Below are positions 9,004-18,300 of a stretch of 33,319 nt of DNA, piece after piece; positions within the stretch are counted from its first letter, which is position 1; each line of letters begins with the position of its first letter. The position numbers were made by a program, and so were the translations under genes. The DNA lies in the NCBI GenBank assembly GCA_043732485.1, contig JAYTHP010000111.1, forward strand, positions 1 through 33,319. The letters are read 5' to 3'. Under the pieces are notes generated by a model. That model worked only from the letters and a program-made list of their open reading frames with translations, did not search any database and was not told the origin of the DNA. The DNA is from Oligoflexia bacterium (GTDB lineage Bacteria > Bdellovibrionota > UBA1018).

Positions 9004-9226
9004 CTATTTTAACAAATAGGATCTCGAGCGCTGTGAGAGCCATCAAAAGATATCTCACACCATCTAAAAATCACGGTTAATAATCACTTTTACTTACAAA
9101 ACACCAACTTTTTTACCTAGCCTCGTCAAGCCAAGAGGGGGCATTCTGTCTTGCAGGAGGCCACCGCTTGGGGGTGCGAAAGCGCGCACCCGGGGCTCTA
9201 AGGGGGAAATTTTCTCCGAAAATCCC
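9004..9226 (-). promoter_or_regulatory. Structured region upstream of rpsB, candidate S2 autoregulatory leader
   Basis: Stem-loops at 9004-9019 (CTATTT/AAATAG), 9032-9059 (TGTGAGA...TCTCACA), 9172-9191 (GGGTGCG/CGCACCC) and 9204-9226 (GGGA..TTTTC/GAAAATCCC). Function is inferred from position. Confidence 0.45.
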
Positions 9227-9475
9227 TGAAAAATCAAAAGTCAGATCGTTGATATCGTGACATTGGCAAAATAGCAAGGAGATTTAAAATCGGCGCTTTT
9301 TAACTCCCCAACAGGTCCCGCACTCCACTCTTTATCCCCTGCCCTTCCGCCTTTATTTTTCCACTTCACCTCTGCTTGGCAGCGACTTCAGCGGCTCGCT
9401 CGCGGGGGCAGGGGCCTGTAACTTTAAAAAAGAGGTAGACCTTGAGCTCCGCTTTCGCTAGCCTGGGGAGGTGAA

Positions 9476-9514
9476 TCGTTGCCCTTACCTTCGTTGCCCG
9501 CCCCTTCGTTACCC
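9476..9514. repeat. Direct repeat TCGTTRCCC, 15-bp period, 3 copies
   Basis: Copies at 9476, 9491 and 9506. Confidence 0.75.
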
Positions 9515-9687
9515 TCGCTTTCTCCTCCCACGCCGCTTGGAGGGGCTTTTTGTGCAGCCCTCCTCGCCGTCTGGCTTGACCTGCAACGCCACCTCAACCC
9601 TTTCGCCACCTCTGTGCCAGCACCGCGCTGCTCCCCACGCTCCCCGGCCAGGGTCATGACCATGACTCAAACAAGATCCTTGCGCGC

Positions 9688-11121
9688 TTGGTTTGTGTTG
9701 GCTGCGCCCACACTCCCATGACCGATTCCATGCTCTTACCCGGTTTTGGGGTCGCAGGCCTGCTGAGTGAAATCGTCCCGGACTGGGACAATTCATGCGG
9801 CGTTCGGGAGCGCGAACGTCTCGCAGGTCATGACGGCATACCTTCCGCCGTACTCTCTGCTGTCTCTGCTGCTGAGATTCCCACTCAGCCCTCGCACGCT
9901 CCGCTCCCACCAGACCAGCATGCCGCCTACTGGATGCAAGAAGCCTTGAGGACCTCGATGCGCAGCTGTGGCCGCTCCAATCCTAATCCGGCGGTCGGCT
10001 GCGTCATTGTTACGCCAAGCGGTCAGGAGCTCGCGCGCGGCCACACGGAAGCGTTTGGCGGCAGGCATGCCGAGCGGGTGGCGTTTGACGCCGTGCGCGA
10101 TCCTCGCCAACTGAAAGGCGCACACCTCTTTACCACGCTTGAGCCCTGCGCCCATCAAGGACAGCAACCCGCTTGCGCTGATTTCCTGCAGGAGAGCGAA
10201 GTGCAACACTTCTCGTGCGCTAGGCTCGATCCCAATCCCTTGGTGGCAGGCGCAGGTCTTTTGAAACTCAAAAATGCCGGTAAATCGATCCAACTAGGAA
10301 CCCTTGCAGCCGAAGTCACTGCTTTAAATTTTCCCTTTTTCGCCTTCCACGCACAGCAACCCTCTCAGCAACGCCCGCTGGTGATCCTCAAGTGGGCACA
10401 AACGCTAGACGGTCAGCTGGCAGACGACCAGTCGCACTCGCAGTGGATCACCGGTCCCGCGAGCCGCGCCTATGCGCATGGCTTAAGGAGAAAATATGAT
10501 GCCATACTTGTCGGCGCCCAGACCTGGCTGCGCGACCAACCGCAACTCACCGTCCGTGATTGCAAGACGCTGCACCACCCGCCTGAGGTGAGCCCAACAC
10601 CACGAAAAATTCTCTTTGATCCCCGGGCGCTCGCAAGCGATCACGCGCCCGCTCAGCTCACCGACTGGACGGTGATCACCACCCAAGCCCAAGCACACCG
10701 CTATCACGGGCTTGGCAACCTCGCTCACAGCCACCTACCACCACAACCGACGACGTTAAACCTGCCTCGCTTGATTGCCCTACCGGGCAGGGATCTCGAG
10801 CAGGAATGGTGCGAGCTGCTCTTGCACCCCTCCTTGCACCATCCCGCGTGGGTGGTGCTTCCTGCTTACCCCGCGCACCTGACCCGGCCGCTGCAAAGCA
10901 TCCTGGTGGAAGGCGGACCCAAAACCCTTACTTTTTTCCTGCAAGCAGGCTTGGGCGATCTCTTTCACCTCTTCATCGCCCCCACCCTCACGGGCGGACT
11001 CCAAAACCGCGTCTCACTCGGCTTGAGTCTGAGCCAAGCCCTTAAACTCCACAGACTTGCCCTCTTTCAACTCGGACCCGACACAGTGATCGAACTCAGC
11101 CGTCAACCGCTCCCGCTTTAA
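9688..11121 (+). CDS. ribD: Bifunctional riboflavin biosynthesis deaminase/reductase RibD (start uncertain: TTG 9688, or ATG 9718 or 9730)
   Basis: PNPAVGCVIV, HAE and TLEPCAHQGQQPAC (Zn deaminase); KWAQTLDG, SQWITG, DAILVG, DQPQLTVR and SILVEGG (reductase). Confidence 0.92.
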   Translation: MVCVGCAHTPMTDSMLLPGFGVAGLLSEIVPDWDNSCGVRERERLAGHDGIPSAVLSAVSAAEIPTQPSHAPLPPDQHAAYWMQEALRTSMRSCGRSNPNPAVGCVIVTPSGQELARGHTEAFGGRHAERVAFDAVRDPRQLKGAHLFTTLEPCAHQGQQPACADFLQESEVQHFSCARLDPNPLVAGAGLLKLKNAGKSIQLGTLAAEVTALNFPFFAFHAQQPSQQRPLVILKWAQTLDGQLADDQSHSQWITGPASRAYAHGLRRKYDAILVGAQTWLRDQPQLTVRDCKTLHHPPEVSPTPRKILFDPRALASDHAPAQLTDWTVITTQAQAHRYHGLGNLAHSHLPPQPTTLNLPRLIALPGRDLEQEWCELLLHPSLHHPAWVVLPAYPAHLTRPLQSILVEGGPKTLTFFLQAGLGDLFHLFIAPTLTGGLQNRVSLGLSLSQALKLHRLALFQLGPDTVIELSRQPLPL

Positions 11122-11178
11122 AGACGTTTTATCGGCAGCGCCGGCATCAACCTCCCACAGGGCCTCGCCCCAATGCAA

Positions 11179-11216
11179 AAAGACCAAAACCGCTCTGAAT
11201 GTCGGTTTTGGTCTTT
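11179..11216. terminator. Probable bidirectional terminator between convergent ribD and rpsI
   Basis: Perfect 14-bp inverted repeat AAAGACCAAAACCG / CGGTTTTGGTCTTT with a 10-nt loop; each strand reads into T-rich sequence. Confidence 0.75.
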
Positions 11217-11327
11217 CGAAGAGTTTTTTTTAATAAACGAGTCTTGAACGACCCTACGCCTTTAGCCAAGCATCGCCTAGGGCAAGCTTGAGCTCCAGCG
11301 GGGTTTAATCCCAAACTGGCTCCTTTG

Positions 11328-11726
11328 TTATCGCTTGGAGAACTGGAAGCGCTTGCGAGCACCGGCGAGGCCGTATTTCTTGCGCTCCACTTCGCGTGAG
11401 TCGCGGGTCAGGTGGCCTGCTTTTTTTAAAGCGGGACGATACTCAGGATCCACTTCCAGCAAAGCCCTCGAAATGCCATGCTTCACGGCACCCGCCTGGC
11501 CTGAAAGCCCACCGCCTCTGACATTCACCAGAATGTCGTACTGACCTAACGTCTGGGTAAGCTCAAGCGGCTGCTGGATAATCATTCGAGCAGTCGCTCG
11601 AGGAAAGTACTCTTCAAAGACACGATCGTTCACCCGGATCACGCCCTGCTCTCCGGCGCGAGGCCTCAGGTAAACTCGGGCAATGGCATTTTTTCGCTTT
11701 CCAACTTGATGATACTGCTTTTCCAT
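11328..11726 (-). CDS. rpsI: 30S ribosomal protein S9
   Basis: Motifs [20 protein letters not shown] and [26 protein letters not shown]. Confidence 0.97.
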   Translation of the reverse strand: MEKQYHQVGKRKNAIARVYLRPRAGEQGVIRVNDRVFEEYFPRATARMIIQQPLELTQTLGQYDILVNVRGGGLSGQAGAVKHGISRALLEVDPEYRPALKKAGHLTRDSREVERKKYGLAGARKRFQFSKR

Positions 11727-11758
11727 AAAATTAAATTTCTGTCTTCTTTCTCATTGGG

Positions 11759-11788
11759 ATTTCTCGGCAATTTCTCGACGATTTCTCG
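11759..11788. repeat. Direct repeat ATTTCTCG, 11-bp period, 3 copies
   Basis: Perfect copies at 11759, 11770 and 11781 in the rplM-rpsI spacer. Confidence 0.8.
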
Positions 11789-11890
11789 TTGCTGATGACT
11801 TAAGCGATCTACCAGAGCCCTAAAGTTTTTTCATGCATGCTCATGCCTGACGGCTTCGTTTACACCCTACTGGGGCTGGCGCCCCAGAAA

Positions 11891-12403
11891 CTAGCGATCT
11901 GCGGGAGGAGCTTGCGATACCACGGTTCTACGGATCGCACCCGTAGGTAACGCTGCCGGCTGCTGAGCGGCATGCGGATGCTCGGAACCGGCATAAATCT
12001 TCAACTTCTTCATCTGGTGCCTGGCAAGGTTCGACTTATTGGTCATCCCCCAGATTGCCCTTCGTAAAATTTCTTCAGGATGCTTGGCTAGCATCTCTTT
12101 CGCCGTCTTCGTCTTCAAGCCGCCTACGTAACCGGAGTAGTCTCGGTAAAGCTTATCTCGCCATTTGTTACGAGTAAAGACCACTTTTTCAGCGTTCAAA
12201 ATAACCACAAAATCGCCTGTATCAGCGTGCTTCGTGAACGTGGGCTTGTGCTTCCCGGTGACCACTCGCGCGATCACGGTGGCGAGTCTTCCGACCACCT
12301 GTTTGCTAGCATCCACGACATACCACTTGGGTGCATGAGGACCTTGAGTTTCAAAAAGATGAGGACCCATCTGTTTGGCTTGATACGTTTTTTTCTGATA
12401 CAT
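11891..12403 (-). CDS. rplM: 50S ribosomal protein L13 (divergent)
   Basis: Motifs WYVVDA, VGRLAT, GKHKP, DTGDFVV, SGYVGGLK and LKIYAGSEHPHAAQQP. Lies upstream of rpsI. Confidence 0.95.
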   Translation of the reverse strand: MYQKKTYQAKQMGPHLFETQGPHAPKWYVVDASKQVVGRLATVIARVVTGKHKPTFTKHADTGDFVVILNAEKVVFTRNKWRDKLYRDYSGYVGGLKTKTAKEMLAKHPEEILRRAIWGMTNKSNLARHQMKKLKIYAGSEHPHAAQQPAALPTGAIRRTVVSQAPPADR

Positions 12404-12411
12404 AGAATGTT

Positions 12412-12441
12412 TGGATATCAGAAGCCCACTTCTGAAGTCAA
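12412..12441 (-). promoter_or_regulatory. Candidate sigma70 promoter for rplM-rpsI with a palindromic spacer
   Basis: TTGACT (12441-12436), then an 18-bp spacer TCAGAAG-tggg-CTTCTGA, then TATCCA (12417-12412, preceded by TG-n). It ends 8 nt before the ATG. Confidence 0.5.
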
Positions 12442-12493
12442 CGATATTTTCAGACCAAGACTGAGAAAATCAACGCCAAGGGGTCGCAGGTCC

Positions 12494-15337
12494 TCAAATC
12501 ACCCCAATGGAGAAATGAAACACCGGCCCTTGCGGCACCGGATAAGCAGGATTATAGCTTGGCGGACGCACCGGTATGCCCACTTCGAGATTCACTGGGC
12601 CAATCGGTGTCTGATAGTGAAAGCCTAAGCCCGCGCCAAAAAACAGCCCAGACAAAGCGGTGTCGTTCAAGGTCACTTGCGCGGCGTCCACGAAGGCCGC
12701 TAAACGCAAAGCGCCAGAAAAAGGAATATCCAGCTGAACGCGGTAATTGCTGAAGGCAAAGCTCCCCTCAGGCAGGAGGCTTACATTTTGCTGGCTTGCA
12801 GGACTTAAGGTCGAGTAATTAATGGATAATTCCTGATAACCTCTAACGCTTGCAATGCCGCCTAAGGCAAACAGCTTGATGGCCGGAATATTTTTACCAC
12901 GCTCGTAACCCGCGCGGTAACTCACGCTCAAGATCAGGTCTTTGAGCAAGGACCAATAGTAATCCCCCCGCAAGTAGGCGCGGTAGAAGTTTAACTCCTG
13001 AGAAGCGGCACCGAGCGGCAGCGAGGAGCCCAAGAAACTGGGAGCTAGATCGATCCAAGTGATAAAATAAGCGCCTGAGGAGGGCGAAAGGGGGTCATTG
13101 CGCAAGTCTAAAGTCAGCTTCGGGGTGACCGCTCCCACCCTGGCACTGATCGGGGGATAGGATTTACCGCTAATGGTCTCCTGACTGAAGACCTCAAAGC
13201 TGTAACTGAGCGTGGCCACCAAACTCGGCTCAGCAAGCAACATCCGCTCGAAGGTCAGCGAAGCTGCGGCGCTCACGGCGCTAAAGGTGGTGTACTGGGT
13301 TTTCCCTCCCAGCAGCGATGGCCGAAAAATCAGCCCCGGGCTGCCTAAAAACCATGGCCATTGATACTGCAACTGGGCTTGACCCTCGCCGCTATGATAT
13401 TGCGCGAAGCGCCGATTGGCGCTGGCGCTCACCGTTACTGAATGGGCTAGGCCCCAGATGTTGGTATAGCCGACGGCGCCAAAGCCGCGAATACCTAAGT
13501 CACTGCGAATGCCAGGACCGCCTGAGATCAGCCCACGCTCACCCTCTTTGACTTGAATGTGCAAGATTTTACCTTGCGGCACGTCGGGATCAGGCAAGAG
13601 CTGGAAGCTGGTTTCGGAAAAAATCCCTAAGCGCTTGATTTGCCGCTCACTTTGCGCCCGTTTTTCCTCTAAAATCACGTCGCCTACCTGCAATACCAGC
13701 TCGCGCCGCAGCACGCTTTCTTGGGTCAGAACCAAGCCTTGCACCTCGATGCGACTCAAAACAAAGGGTTGACCTTCGACTAAGGTCAATTGAATCTGCA
13801 CCTTGCGATTGTCTTGGGTATAGCTCACGAGCGGTGGGGGGGCCGCTTCACTCGCCACCACACCCAAGCCATTTGCGAGCTCTTGAGCAGCGCCTTGACT
13901 GTCGCTGGGCGACGAGACCTCCCCAGCTCCCTCACTAGCCTCATTGACAATACGCAAGTCAAAATAGCCTTGCTGGTAATAGTGCGCCTTGAGACTGGCT
14001 AAGCCTGCGGTAAAGGCAAAGAGATTAAAACCGGCCCCTACGGTGACCTTGAGGAGATCTTGTACAGCCGCTTTTTCCAGCACGGTGGCGCCACTGAGTC
14101 TAAAACTCTCAACCTCGGTGGGCTCCCCTTCATATAAGTAGATGACGAGTTTCACCTGCAACAATTTTTTTGCCAAGAGCTCCGCGTCGCCTGACGCGCC
14201 CTGGCCTTCCAGCCACTCAGGATGAATCGCCATCAGTCTGGCAAATAAGTAGCCGCGCGACTGGAGCAGCGTCATCAGGTTAGCCGTCGCACTTTCCAGC
14301 TTTTTTTCACTATAGATTCCATTTTGGATCAACGCCGGCGCCTGCTCCAAGAACCAGGCTTTCAGCTCTGCTTGCGAAAAATGACTATTGCCATCAAAAG
14401 TGATGTCAGCGATGCGCACTTGCAACCCCTCGTCGATCAAAAAGCTGACCTGCCGGGGCTTCTTGCCTGCCGCCCCTCCTTCAAAGGTGCGCACCGCAAT
14501 TTTAACGTTTACGAAACCCAAATCCTTGTATTCACTCCTAATCCTTGCTTCAATGCTGGGTAAGTAATCATGCCCCAAGCCCAAGACGCGCATTTCTTGA
14601 ATGAGGTTTTTCAAAAAACTTTGCGATAACGCTTGATTGCCGCGAAAGCCAAAAATCACGAACTCCCCACGATCAACCTGAAAAGTGAGTCGCACCCCGC
14701 CGGCGGCTGCTGCCATCACAGTTTCCACTTTTTTCACTTGTGAGCCCATATACTGGTTGGAGGCTAAGACCTCCAGGATTTGGCGCTGGCTTTTTTCAAT
14801 GGCCAGCTGATCGAGCGGGTCCCCCGGCTTGACGCTGATTTGGGCACGAAACTGCGTCTCAAGGGCTTGGGCTGCCGCGCCCTGGTCCGCGTCACTCCAG
14901 GAAAAATCAACGCTAAGCAGTTGATCCGGCTCCCCTTCGGTGATCTGGAACTTGAGAATGACCTGCTCGCGCCCGCTGCCGCCCGCTGTTTTTTCTAAAT
15001 TTAAAAAGCTTTGAAAGCGCGCCTTGCGGTAACCGTGCTGCTGATAGTAGTTTTGGAAGCGGTTGAGCGTTTTCACCACTTTGGCATCGGCCAACACCTC
15101 ACCTACGCTCAGCACACTCTCACCTTCAATGATCGCAAGCGGGAAGGCGTGGACCCCGACAATCTCAATGCGATCAATTACCAGCTTTTGATCCGCCCCC
15201 CCACCCGCACTGACCCTAGACGACCTCGACGGCGATGAGCTAGCAGCGCTGCCCGCTGCTGCTATCCCTACTTGCGCGAAAAGAGGGATGCAAAAAAAAA
15301 GCAACCCCTGCAACAGTAAAAAACGATGGCTCAGCAA
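12494..15337 (-). CDS. Omp85-family (TamA/BamA) outer membrane protein with six POTRA-like domains
   Basis: Signal peptide; six repeats ending ITEGE, VDRGE, IDEGL, LYEGE, LVEGQ and VKEGE; barrel motifs LGG..SVRGY, FVDAA, YQTPIGPV and FHFSIG. Adjacent to tamB. TTG start. Confidence 0.88.
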   Translation of the reverse strand: MLSHRFLLLQGLLFFCIPLFAQVGIAAAGSAASSSPSRSSRVSAGGGADQKLVIDRIEIVGVHAFPLAIIEGESVLSVGEVLADAKVVKTLNRFQNYYQQHGYRKARFQSFLNLEKTAGGSGREQVILKFQITEGEPDQLLSVDFSWSDADQGAAAQALETQFRAQISVKPGDPLDQLAIEKSQRQILEVLASNQYMGSQVKKVETVMAAAAGGVRLTFQVDRGEFVIFGFRGNQALSQSFLKNLIQEMRVLGLGHDYLPSIEARIRSEYKDLGFVNVKIAVRTFEGGAAGKKPRQVSFLIDEGLQVRIADITFDGNSHFSQAELKAWFLEQAPALIQNGIYSEKKLESATANLMTLLQSRGYLFARLMAIHPEWLEGQGASGDAELLAKKLLQVKLVIYLYEGEPTEVESFRLSGATVLEKAAVQDLLKVTVGAGFNLFAFTAGLASLKAHYYQQGYFDLRIVNEASEGAGEVSSPSDSQGAAQELANGLGVVASEAAPPPLVSYTQDNRKVQIQLTLVEGQPFVLSRIEVQGLVLTQESVLRRELVLQVGDVILEEKRAQSERQIKRLGIFSETSFQLLPDPDVPQGKILHIQVKEGERGLISGGPGIRSDLGIRGFGAVGYTNIWGLAHSVTVSASANRRFAQYHSGEGQAQLQYQWPWFLGSPGLIFRPSLLGGKTQYTTFSAVSAAASLTFERMLLAEPSLVATLSYSFEVFSQETISGKSYPPISARVGAVTPKLTLDLRNDPLSPSSGAYFITWIDLAPSFLGSSLPLGAASQELNFYRAYLRGDYYWSLLKDLILSVSYRAGYERGKNIPAIKLFALGGIASVRGYQELSINYSTLSPASQQNVSLLPEGSFAFSNYRVQLDIPFSGALRLAAFVDAAQVTLNDTALSGLFFGAGLGFHYQTPIGPVNLEVGIPVRPPSYNPAYPVPQGPVFHFSIGVI

Positions 15338-15354
15338 TTCATTCTCCCGCGCTT

Positions 15355-18300
15355 TCAGCGAAAACCTTTTTGAAACTTAAAGTCCACCCCATAAGAAGTG
15401 ATATCGGCATTTTGCAAAGCATCCAAGCCCCCAGTCACGCCAAAGAGGTTAAAAATCCCATTAACCGACAGCGAGTGGTTGACCCGATAACTTAAGCTCA
15501 GTTGCCGGGAGGTGCTGCTGCCAGCCCCGACTGAGGTAGCAGCGGACAAACTCAGACGATCGCCCAGCTGCTTGCGAATCGCCACCGACGGCGCCACCGT
15601 TGCTTGCGACGATTGTGCGTTAAAGGCACTGACCCCTAAGTAGGGGTTTTTTAATTCGTCAATTTGCACTTGAAACCCCGTGCGCTCCTCCAGCTCCCGG
15701 TTAAAACCCAGCGAGTGCAACAACAAGGAGGTGGCTTCGCCACTTTGCACGCTGGCTTGATCCACACCACTCATTTTTTTCGCATCACTCGAGCTCAGTC
15801 CAATGGCCAAGAGCGAGAGGATTTCATTTTCCGGCAGCGGCGGGTGGGAGGTGAACTCAAACTTTAGCTGATTAACCCGACCGGATAAAAATAAATCCAC
15901 CTTAAAGCCCGACACTTCGGTAAACGCCACCAGATCCACCCGTGGGTTCACGGTCGCAGCCTGATCAAAATGCACCTGTGCCGATTGCACTTGAAAGGTA
16001 TGATCCTTAAAGAACAATTGCCCTTGCTTAGCCGTCACTTCCCCTAAAATACCTGGCGTATCCAACTGATTGACCAAAGAGACCTTGCCGACGAGCTGGA
16101 GGTCGCGCAGCACGTCGTTTTGCACCATCACGGGGTTTTGCGTCGTGACGTCAATGTTGAGCCGCACCGGTGAGCCTTGCAACGCCCGGCGATGGGCGGT
16201 GGGAGGCGGGGCGTAGGGCTGGTTTTTCAGCTCTGCCGCCGTGTTGCCCGCTGAGGCCGGGCGGTTTAAAACCTTTTCGCGCGAAATCCCTGCTTCCAGC
16301 TCCAGCTCACCGCTTAACAAATAGGGAGGCTCTTTGCCTTCAAAGGCTAAATTGCCACTCACTTGCAGCATTTGAAAAGGAAAAACCTTGAGTTTCGCCG
16401 AGTGCACGTCAGCGAAGATGGCAAACTCGGTGGCACCAGACACCTGCGGCACGATCTCTCCCCGCAGCCTGGCCCAGCCACTGCCTAAAGCACCCTTCAC
16501 TTGCTGTAACAGCAAATGATTATTTTTGATGCGCACTTGCCCGGAAATGTTTTCAAACGCCGTCCCCAGCTCCTCCAGCAGCAATTGCACACTGGAGAGT
16601 TGCGCGCTGCCGTTAAAGAGCGGCGCCGCCGTGCTGCCTGAAACCCCTATTTTCAGTTGGGCCACTCCCCGCACTTTTTCAAAAATCGGCACCACGAATC
16701 CCAATAACCCTAAATCAACGCTGCCGCCGCACCCCCCCGACAACCGCCCCAACTGCTGTTGCAAGTGCCCCCCCAAGACCCCCTGGTGACTCAATAATTG
16801 CCAGTTTTCGACTTTAAAATCGCCTTGGTGGATTGCCACTTGCAAGGGGCGGGCAAGCCGCAAGAAATGATCCGCCCGGTTGACTTCAAACTGCGAGAGC
16901 GCAAGCGTTCCTGAGGCTTGCGGGGTAAAGTTCAGGTGCAAGTCGCCCGACAAGGCCCCTTTGAGCAGGTAGTCGCCCATCAATTTCGGGTTCAAAAATA
17001 ACAACAGCCACCCGAAATCAAACTGGTGCGCACTGATGGCAAGCTCAGCCAGCTTCAAATTTTGCTCTTGTAAACTGGCGTCCAGCGTCGCTTGCTCCCC
17101 CAGGAGTGACCCGTGCAGTTTCCACATTCCCTGATGGGCTGTGACCTGCAGGTGGCTTGCGGCAAGCGGTGCGCCCCGCACCCGCATGGCGTGCAAGGCC
17201 ACTTCGCTTTGCGAATCCAACGCCCCGAGTCGTCCCTGCCCTTGACTCTTCAGATCGATTTGCCCCCGCAGCGGCACGTCCAGCTGATTGAGCGCATCGA
17301 TATCGGTAAAATCCCAATTCTCCGTCTGGAACTTCCACGCCACCTGCTCGCCGCTTTCCCGCCAATGGAAATTGCCTGCCAAAGACCCCGTGCGCTTTTT
17401 GATCGCTAACTGATCGATTTGGAGGCGTAACTTGTCTAAACCCCCTTGAAATTGCACGCTTTGAAACTTTTCACCCAAATAGCTCCAGTCATGCCCTTGC
17501 AGCTTGGCACGCAAATTCAACTGCGGCATCGCAGCCACGCCGTCCAGGCGCAACGTGCCTGTTACCGGCCCTCGCAAAGAGGCCGGAAACCAGCCCAAGT
17601 CACTGAGTGGCTTTTGCACCACTGCCAGCAAATCGGCAACATCACCGTCCAACAGCTCCGCTTGCAGACCCAAGGTGGGCTCTTTCGGGGCTAAATCCAC
17701 CACGCCCTGCAGCCGGTAATGAGAGTGGTTTTTTAACACATCAACCTCTTCCAGGGAAAAGCGATTGGGGCCACTTTGAAAACGCAGGGTTCCTTGCAGA
17801 TCCCCCAAGGCTAAGTGCAAGTAAGCCACCTGCGCAAAGCGTACCTCTAACTCCAAGTCACTGTCAGCAAACGGACCCTGCAGTGAGCCCACCACGGGTC
17901 CTTGCCCCCGAATCTCGTTTTCAGCAACCGTTCCTAAATCCTCTAATTTCAGATTGCCCCGAAAGGCCAAATTGAAGCCCTTGCGAAACAGCACACTGCC
18001 ATCGACGCCCATTTGGCTGTGCGGTAGCTTCAAACTCAAAGCCCGCGGAAAAATACCCTGCTCATTGAGCAAAAAACCGCCCGCTAGCTCGATTGCTGGG
18101 ATGTCAAAGACAGACATCTTCGGGATCACTTGCCCTAAGCGTTGATTGGTCAAGCGAAACGGCTGCAAACTGCTTTGCGTGACCACCGCGACACTCCACG
18201 CTGTCGTTGTCGCTTGCGGTAATTTGATCGCGAGTTGAAACGTGCCGTTTAAGGTAAAATCCAGCGGATAAACTGCAGCAAGCACCCCCGCACCTAACCA

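Noticed and set aside
9120..9210. tRNA in the GC-rich hairpin region
   Set aside because: There is no TTCRA T-arm, acceptor stem or CCA end.
9290..9687. FMN riboswitch upstream of ribD, and small ORFs such as 9424-9663
   Set aside because: The conserved FMN aptamer blocks are not present, and the ORFs are low-complexity with no motif support.
902..11788. Periodic direct repeats considered as mini-CRISPR arrays
   Set aside because: Units are only 8-15 bp, with no spacer-sized unique sequence and no cas genes.
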